Shown: piece after piece, positions 9,941 through 20,276 of the stretch
How the letters are laid out: each line of letters begins with the position of its first letter
How positions within the stretch are numbered: position 1 is the first letter of the stretch
Origin: Candidatus Poribacteria bacterium
Lineage (GTDB): Bacteria; Poribacteria; WGA-4E; PCPOR2b
DNA: 64,000 nt
Direction: 5' to 3'
Assembly (NCBI GenBank): GCA_965116925.1
Contig: OZ220744.1
Location: forward strand, 6,379,757 to 6,443,756
Position numbers and translations under genes: made by a program
Notes under the pieces: model-generated
The model's database searches: none
The model's input: only the letters and a program-made list of their open reading frames with translations
What the model was told of the DNA's origin: nothing

Positions 9941-11713
9941 ATGATCTTTACTATCAACAAAATCCATCACAAGATCTTCCTCACTTATAGTTCTGTATTC
10001 CTTATCATAATCGTAGGAATCTTCGTGGTCGCACGTGTTGCTATCGTGCGGACTTTAGATAGTCAGATTCAAGAGGAGGTTCAAGAGTTCAGAACACGGC
10101 TTACCCACACGATAGATCTGCTTCGCCAAGATATTGAGGAAAAAGTTCAGCGCGAAATCAAGGACTGGCGTGTCGTTCAGGCGATCCGAAACCGTGAGCC
10201 GTATCCCCCTAGCATCACCGACAGTGTAATGGATATCTTGGAATATGGAACCGACGAGGGTATTGTTACTGCAAGTAAAGTGGGCAATGATGCTAACTTG
10301 CGCCATGGAGAAAAAGATCTGGAAGCGTTAGCTCTGGCCCGAAAACCGAAGCCAGAACCAGCATCGCGGCTCCGAACACCTGAAGCACGGACGACAATCG
10401 AGATTACATTGCCAATTCAAGCGGAGGGTAATTTTTTGGGATTTGTCACCGGCGGCTATTTTTTACATAAACATCTCAGCCAAGTCCTAAAGGATCTGAC
10501 ACTCCATCCGATCTTTCTCAAGGAAGGTACTCGCCTCGTACCGCTGAACGCCCCCGGCGAGACGATCCCAAAGTACCAACGAGAATCGCTCCTAGCGCAT
10601 GCAGATGACGCATATCAGACGTTTCCAAAGATTGAGCTAATAGGTGTGCCGCACAGCGTCAGTCGTATCCTAATTTTAGCCTCAAATATTGAGATGCAGA
10701 CTGAAGCGCAGCAGAAACCCCAAGTCGTTGGGCCAGAGTTGGTTCTTGCATACTCCCATCGGGATCAGATTGCACTACAACAGCAGCTTATGTCTATCCT
10801 ACTTATCATCGGTGGGGTTGGACTGATTTTAGTATACATTGTCAGTTATATCGTTGGACTTCAAATGACAAAACCGATCAATCAGTTAGCGGCGGGAGCG
10901 GCTGAAATTGCGTCAGGCAATCTTGAACAGCGGGTCGCCCTCCAAAGTCGAGATGAAATCGGTAGATTGGCGAGTGCTTTCAACCAGATGGCGGCAACGC
11001 TGAAGACGAGTCTAGAGAGACAGCTCGCTGCCGAGCGACATGCAGCGTGGGGAGACGCTGCCCGTTGGGTTGTCCACGAGGTTAAGAACCCGCTATTTCC
11101 CATTCGGCTTTCGATCGAAAACCTGCAGCGAGCCTATCAAAGTGGGGACACCCGACCAGCGATGTTTGATGAAATTTTTGTACAATGCACCGACATAGTT
11201 ATTGAGGAGGTGGAACGACTACAGCGACTGGTAGATGAGTTCGATCAGTTTGCACGAATGCCCCCTCCTAAACGGGAGCTATCTGATTTCAATCAAATCG
11301 TGCAGAACGTGGTGAGCCTGTACGCGGAATCCGTCGAGAACATTCAGATTCAGGCGAATCTTTCCTCTGATCTCCTTCCTCTCTCTCTTGATTCGGAGCA
11401 GATCACACAGGCGTTAGGAAATCTGATTAAGAATGCGATCGAAGCCATGCCTAACGGCGGAACACTGAACGTCTCGGCTCAATCGGTAAGTGAGACGAAA
11501 ATTCAGATCCAGATTCGAGACACCGGCATCGGTATGTCACCAGAGACGCTAGCACAGATTTTTGAACCCTATTATACAACAAAAGATACGGGGACAGGAC
11601 TGGGCATGGCGATTGTTCAGCGTATCATCACCGATCACGATGGAGAAATATTCGTCGAAAGCGAAGAAGGGGTTGGCACAACCGTTTCGATTGAATTGTT
11701 TCGTGAAACGTGA
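9941..11713 (+). CDS. sensor histidine kinase (N-terminal transmembrane segment, HAMP, HisKA with HEVKNPL, HATPase_c)
   Basis: H-box WVVHEVKNPL and G-boxes DTGIGM / GTGLGMAIV. Confidence 0.85.
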   Translation: MIFTINKIHHKIFLTYSSVFLIIIVGIFVVARVAIVRTLDSQIQEEVQEFRTRLTHTIDLLRQDIEEKVQREIKDWRVVQAIRNREPYPPSITDSVMDILEYGTDEGIVTASKVGNDANLRHGEKDLEALALARKPKPEPASRLRTPEARTTIEITLPIQAEGNFLGFVTGGYFLHKHLSQVLKDLTLHPIFLKEGTRLVPLNAPGETIPKYQRESLLAHADDAYQTFPKIELIGVPHSVSRILILASNIEMQTEAQQKPQVVGPELVLAYSHRDQIALQQQLMSILLIIGGVGLILVYIVSYIVGLQMTKPINQLAAGAAEIASGNLEQRVALQSRDEIGRLASAFNQMAATLKTSLERQLAAERHAAWGDAARWVVHEVKNPLFPIRLSIENLQRAYQSGDTRPAMFDEIFVQCTDIVIEEVERLQRLVDEFDQFARMPPPKRELSDFNQIVQNVVSLYAESVENIQIQANLSSDLLPLSLDSEQITQALGNLIKNAIEAMPNGGTLNVSAQSVSETKIQIQIRDTGIGMSPETLAQIFEPYYTTKDTGTGLGMAIVQRIITDHDGEIFVESEEGVGTTVSIELFRET

Positions 11714-11752
11714 TGCGTAAAACGTGATGCGTAAAAAATTGGTTCATTGGTG
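11702..11752. repeat. Heptamer-repeat family H copy (CGTGAAACGTGATGCGTAAAACGTGATGCGTAAAAAA), followed by a TTGGTTCATTGG module. It overlaps the kinase stop codon.
   Basis: The same ACGTGA(A/T)/GCGT(A/G)AA heptamer string recurs at 14521-, 30397-, 51246- and 58441-. Confidence 0.6.
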
Positions 11753-11799
11753 TCTAATCTACAGAGTTCATATCAGAAGGATGTGCAATACGCTCGGTT

Positions 11800-12471
11800 T
11801 TATTCCTGACGTTTTAAGGTTTGGATTCCTGAAGCAGTGCCGATAATGACTTGGTCAGTTCGGTTAATGAAAAGTCCGTTATCAACAACGCCGGGGATAT
11901 TATTGATGATGCGCTCAGTGGTAACTGGATCAAGAATACCATCAAAAGTGCAGTCCAAGATATAATTGCCGTTGTCACTAACAAAATTAGGACGCAGGGT
12001 CGAGTCTCGGCAGATCCGGTTGAGCGCGAGTTGGGTTGAACCCCAGCCAAATGGGACAACCTCCACCGGTACAGGGAAGTTGGATCCTAATTGTTCTACT
12101 TGCTTTCCTTCGTCAACGATGATGATCAGTCGTCTGGAGGCGTGGGCAATGATTTTCTCTCGGACTAGCGCGCCCCCCGCTCCTTTGATGAGATCGAGGG
12201 TGGGGTTGACTTCATCCGCACCGTCAATGGTTAAATCGATCACAGGGTATTCCCCAAGGGTTGAGAGCGATATACCTTGTTGAGTCGCGATTTCTTCTGT
12301 CTGTTTGGAGGTTGGAATACCAATAATATCAAGACCGCTCCGAACTTTTTCGCCAAGTTTTAGCAGCGCGTAGTAGATTGTTGAGCCTGTGCCGAGCCCG
12401 ACGATCATGCCGGACTCCACTTCTTCGACAGCCTGTTCTGCCGCGAGTTGTTTCAGTTTTTCTGTTTCCAT
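11800..12471 (-). CDS. rpiA: ribose-5-phosphate isomerase A
   Basis: GLGTGST, DGADEV and the conserved C-terminal region, 223 aa. Confidence 0.9.
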   Translation of the reverse strand: METEKLKQLAAEQAVEEVESGMIVGLGTGSTIYYALLKLGEKVRSGLDIIGIPTSKQTEEIATQQGISLSTLGEYPVIDLTIDGADEVNPTLDLIKGAGGALVREKIIAHASRRLIIIVDEGKQVEQLGSNFPVPVEVVPFGWGSTQLALNRICRDSTLRPNFVSDNGNYILDCTFDGILDPVTTERIINNIPGVVDNGLFINRTDQVIIGTASGIQTLKRQE

Positions 12472-12556
12472 ATTTTCTCCTGATAGGGATTCGTTTTGAT
12501 AAATCGGGATTGATATTCATTCGCCTTGAATTGTTTCCGGGCACCGTTTCTAATTT

Positions 12557-12649
12557 GGCTCATATCAAAAGAAGATGCAAAGCACGAAGAGAAACCGAAT
12601 TTTCAAGAAAAAACTCGGTTTCAGATGCACGATTTTTTAACATGAGCGT
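12557..12649. mobile_element. MITE-like family P, copy A: a 93-bp imperfect palindrome (GGCTCATATCAAAAGAAGATGCAAAG...GAAACCGA|TCGGTTTC...) flanked by a 7-bp direct repeat CTAATTT (12550-12556 and 12650-12656)
   Basis: Its arms are reverse complements of each other. It is homologous, in inverted orientation, to 17010-17100. The flanking direct repeat looks like a target-site duplication. Confidence 0.65.
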
Positions 12650-12744
12650 CTAATTTTAACACTTCACGGGAGGGTTTTCTACCCAAATTGTTGTGTCTCA
12701 CGTATGACACAATACACATTACAACCCTGCAAGGATAACCGCAA

Positions 12745-14478
12745 ATGAATCTATACCTCCGCCTATTAAGTTACGTTAAGCCGTACTGGAAAAGCACGGT
12801 GGTTACGCTAATAGCAATGTTGGTTGTATCCGTCGGCAATCTGGTTCCAACATGGATTGCAGGGCGGATTGTTATTGATGGGGTGATTGTACAGCGGGAT
12901 GTCAGCCGTTTGCACTGGATCGCGCTCCTGCTGCTTGGCGTTTATCTCGTAAAGAGCATCGCGGTAATGTTGGCAGAATGGTTGTCCCACGAAATCGCTG
13001 AAAAGATTATTTACGATATGCGGACGCAGATCTATAGCCATTTGCAGAAACTTTCGTTTCGCTTTCACAAGGACAGCACTACCGGCGATATGATGTCGCG
13101 TGTAGTGAATGACATCGACGCGATGCGGGATATGCTTGCTCACACCATACACATATTCATTGTGCAAGCGTTGACCTTTATCGGGATTGCTATCATATTG
13201 TGTGCCACGAACTTGAAAATGGCGATCCTGACCCTTGTCCCGATCCTGATTCTGGGACCGTTGATTGTCCACTTCGGTATAAAGCTGCGTCTCATTTCCC
13301 GCGATGTACGTGCAGAACTTGCGGAGGTCAACGCTCGTTTGCAAGATAACCTTTCGGGAATCTTCGAGATTCAAGCCTTCGCCCGTGAACCTTATGAGGA
13401 GAAGCGGTTTATCGCCCGATGTGCCGACTACCGGAACTCAATCATCCGAGGAGTACGCCTGTGGGCGCGGCTGAATCCCGCCGTGCAGTTTTTGCTTGGC
13501 GCGAGTTACGCAGCGATTCTGTGGTACGGCGGTTGGCAGATAATTACCGGATCGAGTGATATGACCGTTGGACAACTGTTTATTTTTCTTGGATTTTTGT
13601 GGCAGCTGTTTATGCCGATTCAGATGGCAAGCCACGAAAATGAACGGTTGCAGAAAGCCCTCGCCGCTGGCGAACGGATGATGGAGTTGTTAGACACAGC
13701 CCCTGAAATTAAAGACCTCCCGAATGCTTGGACGGGGAAGATTAAAGGGGAACTTTTGTTTGAAGATGTTTCGTTCAGGTACACGGATGAAGATGTCTTG
13801 ACAGATGTGAATCTCAAAATCCGACCGGGGGAGACAATCGCTTTCGTCGGTCCCAGTGGTGTCGGCAAAACGACGTTAGTTGGTCTTGTGCCGAGATTCT
13901 ACGATGTAACCGGCGGACAGGTGAAGGTTGATGGTGTCAGTGTGCGGGATTGGCAAATTCAGGCGTTGCGGCGTCAGATTGGGCTTGTGCCACAAGAGAC
14001 GTTCTTATTTAATGGAACAATTGGAGAGAATATCGCTTACGGCAAACTGAACGCAATACAGATAGAAATTGAAATGGCAGCGAAATCCGCTAATATCTAT
14101 GACTTTATCGCAGGTTTACCAGATCGTTTTGATACCGTTGTTGGGGAGCGCGGTATGCGTCTCTCTGGTGGGCAAAAGCAACGGGTTTCCATTGCGCGTG
14201 CCATTTTGAAAGATCCACCCATCCTCATCCTTGATGAAGCCACCTCCTCTGTTGATACGGAATCAGAACAGCTAATCCAGCAGAGCTTGGTAAACCTACT
14301 GCATGGGCGTACCACACTGATTATTGCTCACCGACTTGCGACTATCAGATTTGCGGATCGAATCGCCGTATTGGCGGACAATCGAATTGTCGAACTTGGG
14401 ACACACGTCGAGCTGCTTTCACAGGGGGGACTATACACACGGCTTTACAATGCACAGTTTGGGGACAAGGGCTCGTAG
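12745..14478 (+). CDS. ABC transporter, fused permease/ATPase (exporter)
   Basis: Transmembrane domain plus Walker A GPSGVGKTT, the LSGGQKQR signature and ILDEATS. Confidence 0.9.
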   Translation: MNLYLRLLSYVKPYWKSTVVTLIAMLVVSVGNLVPTWIAGRIVIDGVIVQRDVSRLHWIALLLLGVYLVKSIAVMLAEWLSHEIAEKIIYDMRTQIYSHLQKLSFRFHKDSTTGDMMSRVVNDIDAMRDMLAHTIHIFIVQALTFIGIAIILCATNLKMAILTLVPILILGPLIVHFGIKLRLISRDVRAELAEVNARLQDNLSGIFEIQAFAREPYEEKRFIARCADYRNSIIRGVRLWARLNPAVQFLLGASYAAILWYGGWQIITGSSDMTVGQLFIFLGFLWQLFMPIQMASHENERLQKALAAGERMMELLDTAPEIKDLPNAWTGKIKGELLFEDVSFRYTDEDVLTDVNLKIRPGETIAFVGPSGVGKTTLVGLVPRFYDVTGGQVKVDGVSVRDWQIQALRRQIGLVPQETFLFNGTIGENIAYGKLNAIQIEIEMAAKSANIYDFIAGLPDRFDTVVGERGMRLSGGQKQRVSIARAILKDPPILILDEATSSVDTESEQLIQQSLVNLLHGRTTLIIAHRLATIRFADRIAVLADNRIVELGTHVELLSQGGLYTRLYNAQFGDKGS

Positions 14479-14490
14479 CTTTGAAATCTT

Positions 14491-14575
14491 GACTCATGTA
14501 AAAAGAAGGTGCAAAGTGATAGGAACGTGAAACGTAAAAACAAACTATTGGATCGTTAGTTCATTAGCAATAAAG
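14491..14575. repeat. Half copy of family P (GACTCATGTAAAAAGAAGGTGCAAAG) fused to a family-H heptamer string (GAACGTGAAACGTAAAAAC) and a GTTCATTAG module
   Basis: Aligns to the left arm of 12557-12649. Confidence 0.5.
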
Positions 14576-14663
14576 AACAACAATCTTCCGGTCTACGACC
14601 GAAAGTCCGAGAGTTGGCTCCTACGGTTACTGTTGCACGATTTCTTAACATGAATCACCCAAC

Positions 14664-15392
14664 TTAGTCAGTATAGCGTTGTTTGCCGTTGAAGGAAATT
14701 CGGGGCCAGGTTGTATGGGGCCAATCCGTGAACTGATACGGGATATAGTGGTTTGCCATGACGTGGCGCAAAGCACCACGCTGCTTGATTGGACCTCCGC
14801 GATGAATCAAGCGACCGTGAAATAACACTGCATCGCCCTGATTGGCTATAATGGAAATCTCAGGACGGTTGTTCTCCTCAAAGATCCGTTCGGTCTTCGC
14901 GTGGCGATACTCGTAATCCATTTTCCCGTTCTCATCTAGTGTCTCCCAGTACGTTACAAGTTCCCCTTTGTGTGAGCCGGGCTGTATATAGATAGTGCCG
15001 TTTGTCTCGTTGACATCTACCAAAGGTAGCCAAGCGGACATGCAGCCGGGGAGGGGACACTGGTCCTGGTGGCGTCTCCCTTCAGAGCCTTTGTAGAAAT
15101 ACATGGTTTGTATGCCCTCAACATCAGCTTCAAAACAATCTTCCAGCGGCTGGCGTAGACGGGAATCGATCAGCAAGGAAAGTGCTTTCGGATCATACAG
15201 ATGCTGATTGTGTGTACGACCCCAATTGTCTGGTTCGCGGGGTGTGAAACCTTCAAGCGTTTTTTGCCCTGAATGAAGTGCCATCATGTGTTCAACGAAC
15301 TCCTCGCACTCCGCTTTGGAAAAGACTGATTTCAGGATGGTATAGCCATCCTGATCGTACTGTGCTTTTTGTTCTGGGGTTAGACCTTTCAT
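14664..15392 (-). CDS. phytanoyl-CoA dioxygenase (PhyH) family Fe(II)/2-oxoglutarate oxygenase
   Basis: QYDQDGYTIL N-terminus, an HQDQ (H-x-D) motif and a distal His. Confidence 0.65.
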   Translation of the reverse strand: MKGLTPEQKAQYDQDGYTILKSVFSKAECEEFVEHMMALHSGQKTLEGFTPREPDNWGRTHNQHLYDPKALSLLIDSRLRQPLEDCFEADVEGIQTMYFYKGSEGRRHQDQCPLPGCMSAWLPLVDVNETNGTIYIQPGSHKGELVTYWETLDENGKMDYEYRHAKTERIFEENNRPEISIIANQGDAVLFHGRLIHRGGPIKQRGALRHVMANHYIPYQFTDWPHTTWPRISFNGKQRYTD

Positions 15393-15688
15393 TAAAAAAC
15401 TCCTTTCATATTGAGTGACCTTTGGTGCTAGTTATGGACAAAGTCGTTTCCACATTGTTCAAGAGCTCATTGATTTATTTCTTCTTACGTTCTTGCCTTT
15501 GGATGCACATGTCGCCCCTCTGGGGCTTGGGAGAAGGTCCCTATCGCCCAGCTATAGACATGTCGCCCCGCTGGGGCTAAATGAACCCACGAACCTTTCC
15601 CGTCCCGTTCCGAGTATCCCAAGTATTGGGATTTTCACGCATCAGGTACTCTATCCTGATTCAGACGACAATTATGAGCCCCCTTCAT

Positions 15689-16903
15689 CTATTTCTCCTC
15701 GTATAGCCACGCGATCGGACGGATAACCATTTTGCGGTAGCGGGGCCAGGAGGGTGGATCTGTGGAGGCATCTAGCTGCGGGCCGAAGTCGTAGAGCAGC
15801 ACAACTTCGTCCTCGAAGAAATGCGCGTTCGGATACGATACATATATCATGTCAGCCGGCAGCTCACCGAGTTCTTTTTCGCCGCGAACCATACCGATTT
15901 CATTGTCGGGACGAATGCGGTCAGATCTATCCATCGGACCGCCAACTTCAAGCGTCTTGAAGTGTCCCCAACTGCCCCCATCATCTGTCGAGATAGCGAG
16001 TGACAAGCGTGAGCGGCGAAAACCACGACGGATTTCATCTCCGCTCACCTGATTCCACACGCAGAGCAGGTCTCCAGTGGTTGGGATGACGCGAAGTCGG
16101 CACGGCGAGTATGAACTGGCAAGTGCTGTTGGCTTAGGTAAGGACCATGTTAGTCCTTCGTTATCACTGAAACTTTGGTAGAGGCGGCCCAACGTTGTTC
16201 GGAACATCATTAGGAGTCGTCCATCGCGGAGTTGTACCGCACCAGGCTCGTCGCAGGGCCACATTCCGCCGTAACCGTCTTGGTGCCAGATCACGATGTC
16301 TTGAGGGCATCGTTTCCAAGTGCCGCCCTCGTTGTCTGAAAAGTAGACTTGACTCGTGTCAATCTCCGGACCGTGAGCGTGCCCCTCTGTTTTGAAACGC
16401 TTTCCTTGAAAGGTGCCGTAGGCACCGGCGTCCTTCAGTTCCGGAAACGTGCAGGGTGGACAGAACCGCGTGGGTAAAACTAAGCGACCTGACCGGAGTT
16501 GAAAGAGTACATCGTGATAGTTACTCGCGGTCTCACCGGGTAGGTTGATGAGTGTTTCTTCTGACCATGATTCACCTTCGTCGTCGGAGGTGCGAAAGCA
16601 GAGTGCATAGCCAGCCAATGTTCCACCGGCTGTGCCGCTAAGGCGACCGTAGAGGAGACCGATCTTGCCTGACTGCAAACGCCCTAGGCAGGTCGGGGCA
16701 CCTGTTCCAGTAATAGGTTCGTTGCCGGTCTGAAGCGGTTCACCCGCCGACCAAGTTCGTCCCCGGTCATTGGAATAGCTAACATTCAATCCCGACCAAA
16801 CCATCAGCCATCGTCCATCCTTCAGTTTGATCATACCTTCGTGCGCTCCCGGGGCGCGCCCTTCAAAAACTGTAGAATCTGCCATTGCTCGTGTCCTTTT
16901 CAA
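15689..16903 (-). CDS. BNR/Asp-box repeat glycoside hydrolase (sialidase-like)
   Basis: Five Asp-box repeats of the form S-x-D-x-G-x-T-W (SNDRGRTW, SDDEGESW, SDNEGGTW, SDNEGLTW, STDDGGSW). Confidence 0.8.
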   Translation of the reverse strand: MKRTRAMADSTVFEGRAPGAHEGMIKLKDGRWLMVWSGLNVSYSNDRGRTWSAGEPLQTGNEPITGTGAPTCLGRLQSGKIGLLYGRLSGTAGGTLAGYALCFRTSDDEGESWSEETLINLPGETASNYHDVLFQLRSGRLVLPTRFCPPCTFPELKDAGAYGTFQGKRFKTEGHAHGPEIDTSQVYFSDNEGGTWKRCPQDIVIWHQDGYGGMWPCDEPGAVQLRDGRLLMMFRTTLGRLYQSFSDNEGLTWSLPKPTALASSYSPCRLRVIPTTGDLLCVWNQVSGDEIRRGFRRSRLSLAISTDDGGSWGHFKTLEVGGPMDRSDRIRPDNEIGMVRGEKELGELPADMIYVSYPNAHFFEDEVVLLYDFGPQLDASTDPPSWPRYRKMVIRPIAWLYEEK

Positions 16904-17009
16904 AGGTTAAAAATATGATATATTTTTTTTGCAATTTTGTGACATAATGTAGGACAATATCATTGTATAATGTTTTAATTTCGCATTCAACAAGATTATA
17001 TAAAAAAAT

Positions 17010-17100
17010 GGCTCATGTTAAGAAATCGTGCAAAGAAACCGAGTTTTTCCGAAAAAACTCGGTTTCTCTTCGTATTTTGCACTTTCTTTTGATATGAACC
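17010..17100. mobile_element. MITE-like family P, copy B (91 bp, inverted relative to copy A), flanked by an 8-bp direct repeat AAAAAAAT (17002-17009 and 17102-17109)
   Basis: Palindromic core GAAACCGAGTTTTTCCGAAAAAACTCGGTTTC. Homologous to 12557-12649. Confidence 0.65.
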
Positions 17101-17129
17101 GAAAAAAATAAGGGATAAACGGAGCCAAC

Positions 17130-17918
17130 ATGATTACCGAGCAAGAGGTTCAACAGTTTTCCGAGATGGGCGCAGTGACAATCGATACGCCGTTGACGCA
17201 ACAGGAGCTCTCAGCGGCATCAGCCGTGTTTGATCGCCTGCTTCCGTTTAGTGAACCGGGGGCAGGAGAAGAACCGCGCTATCGGGTCAGCACAACGTGC
17301 ACCTTCTATGATCCAGAATTGTTGGACATCATCCAACATCCATTTTTTGAGGAAGTCGCCAAGCGTGCGCTACGAGCTGATGAGATAAGTTTCTTTCAAA
17401 CTGCCATCGTGACAACTTATCCATCGCCAAATACTCCCTTCAGCTTCTACCAACACGTGGATGTCCAATACAGCCTCTCGAATCTTGACGCTACTCCTAG
17501 GTATATGGTTTGCACCTTTTTTGTCTGGATAGATGATGTAACGGCACAACGTGCGCCCTTGATGTATCGTCCCGGCAGCCATCGACTGATAGCTAAATAC
17601 AGAGAAAACCGACCGGAGCTGAAAGGCAGCGTTCCGCTTGTCGGAGGTGTTATGTTGGATGGGCTGCCTGCACTTGGTTACGCTGAGGCAATTCCTGTGG
17701 TGGCGCGAGCGGGTCAGGCGACCGTCCTGACCACTGCGATGGTGCACGGCGCATCAACCAATGTGGACATCGTTCCTCGTAAGGCGATGGTTATTACCTT
17801 CACGGCGGCGGAGGTAGAGATTGGTCTGCCCCAGAATCAGGCGGAGACTAAGCGGGCTTATGACCGTGAGTTAAAAAGGCTTCTTCGTCCTGAACGAGCA
17901 CATATTGTTCCTGCTTGA
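17130..17918 (+). CDS. PhyH-family dioxygenase
   Basis: PhyH-like N-terminal helix (ITEQEVQQFSEMGAVTID) and His-containing jelly-roll motifs. Its similarity to the other paralogues is weaker. Confidence 0.5.
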   Translation: MITEQEVQQFSEMGAVTIDTPLTQQELSAASAVFDRLLPFSEPGAGEEPRYRVSTTCTFYDPELLDIIQHPFFEEVAKRALRADEISFFQTAIVTTYPSPNTPFSFYQHVDVQYSLSNLDATPRYMVCTFFVWIDDVTAQRAPLMYRPGSHRLIAKYRENRPELKGSVPLVGGVMLDGLPALGYAEAIPVVARAGQATVLTTAMVHGASTNVDIVPRKAMVITFTAAEVEIGLPQNQAETKRAYDRELKRLLRPERAHIVPA

Positions 17919-17973
17919 GAGGGAGGAATCTCCGAATCCCAACGCCAGATAGCCTTAATTTCACCATAACGAC

Positions 17974-18188
17974 TAGGGCAATCGCATATAGAAATTTTGC
18001 TTGACGGTAGCGCGAATTCGGGTCATTGCATCTGTTTATTTGACGCCCGAGGGCACCGAATCCGTTCATTTGGACGTGATTTCACACACTCATTGGAACA
18101 ACATCTACTGAATTGTTGGACAAATCATACAAAACAAAGGACTGCCTACGCTATAACCGTTTCAATCGCTTTCACATGCGATTGCCCT
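17974..18188. mobile_element. Internally deleted derivative (MITE, 215 bp) of the ISAs1-family IS at 21329-22585. It carries both terminal inverted repeats (left TAGGGCAATCGCATATAGAAA, right TTTCACATGCGATTGCCCT) but no transposase gene, and is inverted relative to the full IS.
   Basis: The left end matches the reverse complement of the IS right end over about 38 nt. The right end matches the IS left end (AGGGCAATCGCATGTGA). Confidence 0.7.
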
Positions 18189-18195
18189 CGACCTT

Positions 18196-18235
18196 CATCA
18201 AATACAGATGGAAATTTATACGTACTCATGTTATA
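18196..18235. repeat. 40-bp direct repeat R (CATCAAATACAGATGGAAATTTATACGTACTCATGTTATA); the second copy is at 21288-21327
   Basis: The two copies are identical 40-mers. Each abuts an IS-type end: the MITE right end and the IS left end. Confidence 0.8.
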
Positions 18236-18662
18236 TATGGACAAAATCAATGATGTGGTGATTTGAATATATACACTGAAAAACACGACACACTGCCATT
18301 ATCGCCGTCGGTGTCTTTGGAGGTAGATTGAAACCTCTTGTTAATTGCGATTCTTGCTGTCTTGTTTACCTCTCTTTTCTGTGCAATTTTTTCACACGCT
18401 CGTAAATTTTGCACAATAAATTGCGCGTACTCAGACAGGTTTTACAGTTTCCCCCCTTGTGTTTTTGACTCTTCCGAGATTCGCGCTAGTTGGTACAATT
18501 CTTGCTTAAAGCCTTGTAGTTCGGCGATTTATCGCCGTAGGACACCATTTCCAACGCCCGATGAATCGGGCAACTACAGCAGGAGTACCATCAAGGATCT
18601 CGTAGAGAACAACGATCGTTGTTCCCTACTGAAGTGCGTAACTCCTAAGGAGGATAATTAAA

Positions 18663-19733
18663 ATGCCTGAAATTCGAGTTGCCGTTGTTGGTATCGGAAA
18701 CTGTGCATCTTCTTTGCTCCAAGGTATTGAATACTATCGAGATGCCAAAGAGGATGAGTTCGTTCCCGGTCTGATGCACGTTAAGTTTGGACCCTACCAT
18801 GTGAGTGATGTTAAAGTTGTTGCAGCTTTTGATGTAAATAAGAACAAGGTCGGGCTGGATGTTGCTGATGCGATTTTTGCCGAAATCAACAATACCATAA
18901 AATTCTCAGATGTGCCAAAGACCGGCGTGATTGTTCAGCGTGGTGCCACGATGGATGGGTTTGCCAAATACTACCATGAGACGGTCGATGAATCGCCGGC
19001 TGAAGTCGTTGATGTCGCTGAGATTTTGCGCGAAAGTCAAGCCGATATTCTCATCAATTATCTACCTGTTGGCAGCGAGGCAGCAACAAAATGGTATATG
19101 GCGCAGGCGTTGGACGCCGGTTGCGCTGTTGTCAATTGTATGCCTGTATTCATCGCAAAAAATGACGAATGGCGTGCAAAATTTGAAGCCGCAGACTTGC
19201 CTATCGTTGGAGACGATATTAAGGCGCAATTCGGAGCCACTATCGTTCACCGTACGCTAGCAAAATTGATGAGTGACCGCGGCGTGAAACTTGAACGCAC
19301 CTCTCAATTGAACGTTGGCGGAAATATGGATTTCAAAAACATGCTGGAAAAAGAGCGGTTGGAATCCAAACGCATCTCCAAGACGGATGCCGTTGTCTCC
19401 CAACTCAACCATGAGGTCGCACCGAAAAATGTCTATATCAGTCCCAGCGATTACGTGCCCTTCCTCGAAGATCGGAAATGGTGCTATCTCTATCTCGAAG
19501 GAACCGCATTCGGTGATATTCCCGTCCGGGCTGAATTCAAATCGGAGATATGGGATTCGCCCAATTCGGCGGGTGTAGCGATTGACGCGATTCGTTGCTG
19601 CAAAATTGCACGGGACCGCGGGATCAGCGGTGCCCTTTATGGCCCAAGTGCTTACTTCATGAAATCACCACCACGTCAATATGCTGACGCCGAAGCCTTG
19701 GCGATGGTGGAAGATTTCATCGGCGGTAGATAA
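18663..19733 (+). CDS. ino1: myo-inositol-1-phosphate synthase (archaeal/bacterial type)
   Basis: N-terminal Rossmann [13 protein letters not shown], the conserved LNVGGNMDF region, and a strong RBS TAAGGAGGA; 356 aa. Confidence 0.8.
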   Translation: MPEIRVAVVGIGNCASSLLQGIEYYRDAKEDEFVPGLMHVKFGPYHVSDVKVVAAFDVNKNKVGLDVADAIFAEINNTIKFSDVPKTGVIVQRGATMDGFAKYYHETVDESPAEVVDVAEILRESQADILINYLPVGSEAATKWYMAQALDAGCAVVNCMPVFIAKNDEWRAKFEAADLPIVGDDIKAQFGATIVHRTLAKLMSDRGVKLERTSQLNVGGNMDFKNMLEKERLESKRISKTDAVVSQLNHEVAPKNVYISPSDYVPFLEDRKWCYLYLEGTAFGDIPVRAEFKSEIWDSPNSAGVAIDAIRCCKIARDRGISGALYGPSAYFMKSPPRQYADAEALAMVEDFIGGR

Positions 19734-19844
19734 GGGATAGCATAGGGAACGCAGATCTGCGTTCCCTACTTGCAGTCGAATCCATGGGAAAGCATAGCCA
19801 TATTTTGCTTTCCCATTTTTATTATTTTGGTAAAGGAGTACGAG

Positions 19845-20194
19845 ATGCCACATTTTCGCGCCATTCACACGATTAAACTAAAGCCGCATGTTGAACGCGA
19901 ACAGTTTGAGGATTTTATGCTACATCAATTTCTACCTACAGTTCGAGCGCTGCCTAACTGTCTGAATGTCGAGCTACTCAAAGGGTACAGTGGAGATCTT
20001 GCCGGCTTCGCACAATCCGGCACAATTATATCTGGATGACGCTCTGGGAAAGTGTGGAGGCGAATAACGCTGTTTGGTCAAGAGAAGGCGTCCACCGCAC
20101 ACCGGACGAAATATTGGAAATTAACGCCAAACTCCATCATTATGCGGCGAACTATTCGCTAGTCGGCGGGTTTACCGTAGAAGCAACGGTCTAG
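19845..20194 (+). pseudogene. Small alpha+beta-barrel-like protein (possibly ABM/Dabb-like, about 116 aa) broken by a -1 frameshift near 20034-20038. It has the RBS AAAGGAG.
   Basis: Reading frame 1 gives MPHFRAIHTIKLKP...SGTIISG and then a stop. The -1 frame continues WMTLWESVEANNAVWSREGVHRTPDEILEINAKLHHYAANYSLVGGFTVEATV without interruption. Confidence 0.4.
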
Positions 20195-20276
20195 GTCATG
20201 AATCCACAATGAGATTTGGGTTATTCTTAGATCCAGTCCTGCAATATATTGAACCTACTTTTATCACCATCAGTGA

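Noticed and set aside
18338-18661. 107-aa ORF upstream of ino1
   Set aside because: Cys/Ser-rich low-complexity product in a 740-bp non-coding stretch that holds the IS-derived MITE and the 40-bp repeat. It has no RBS and reads into the ino1 RBS.
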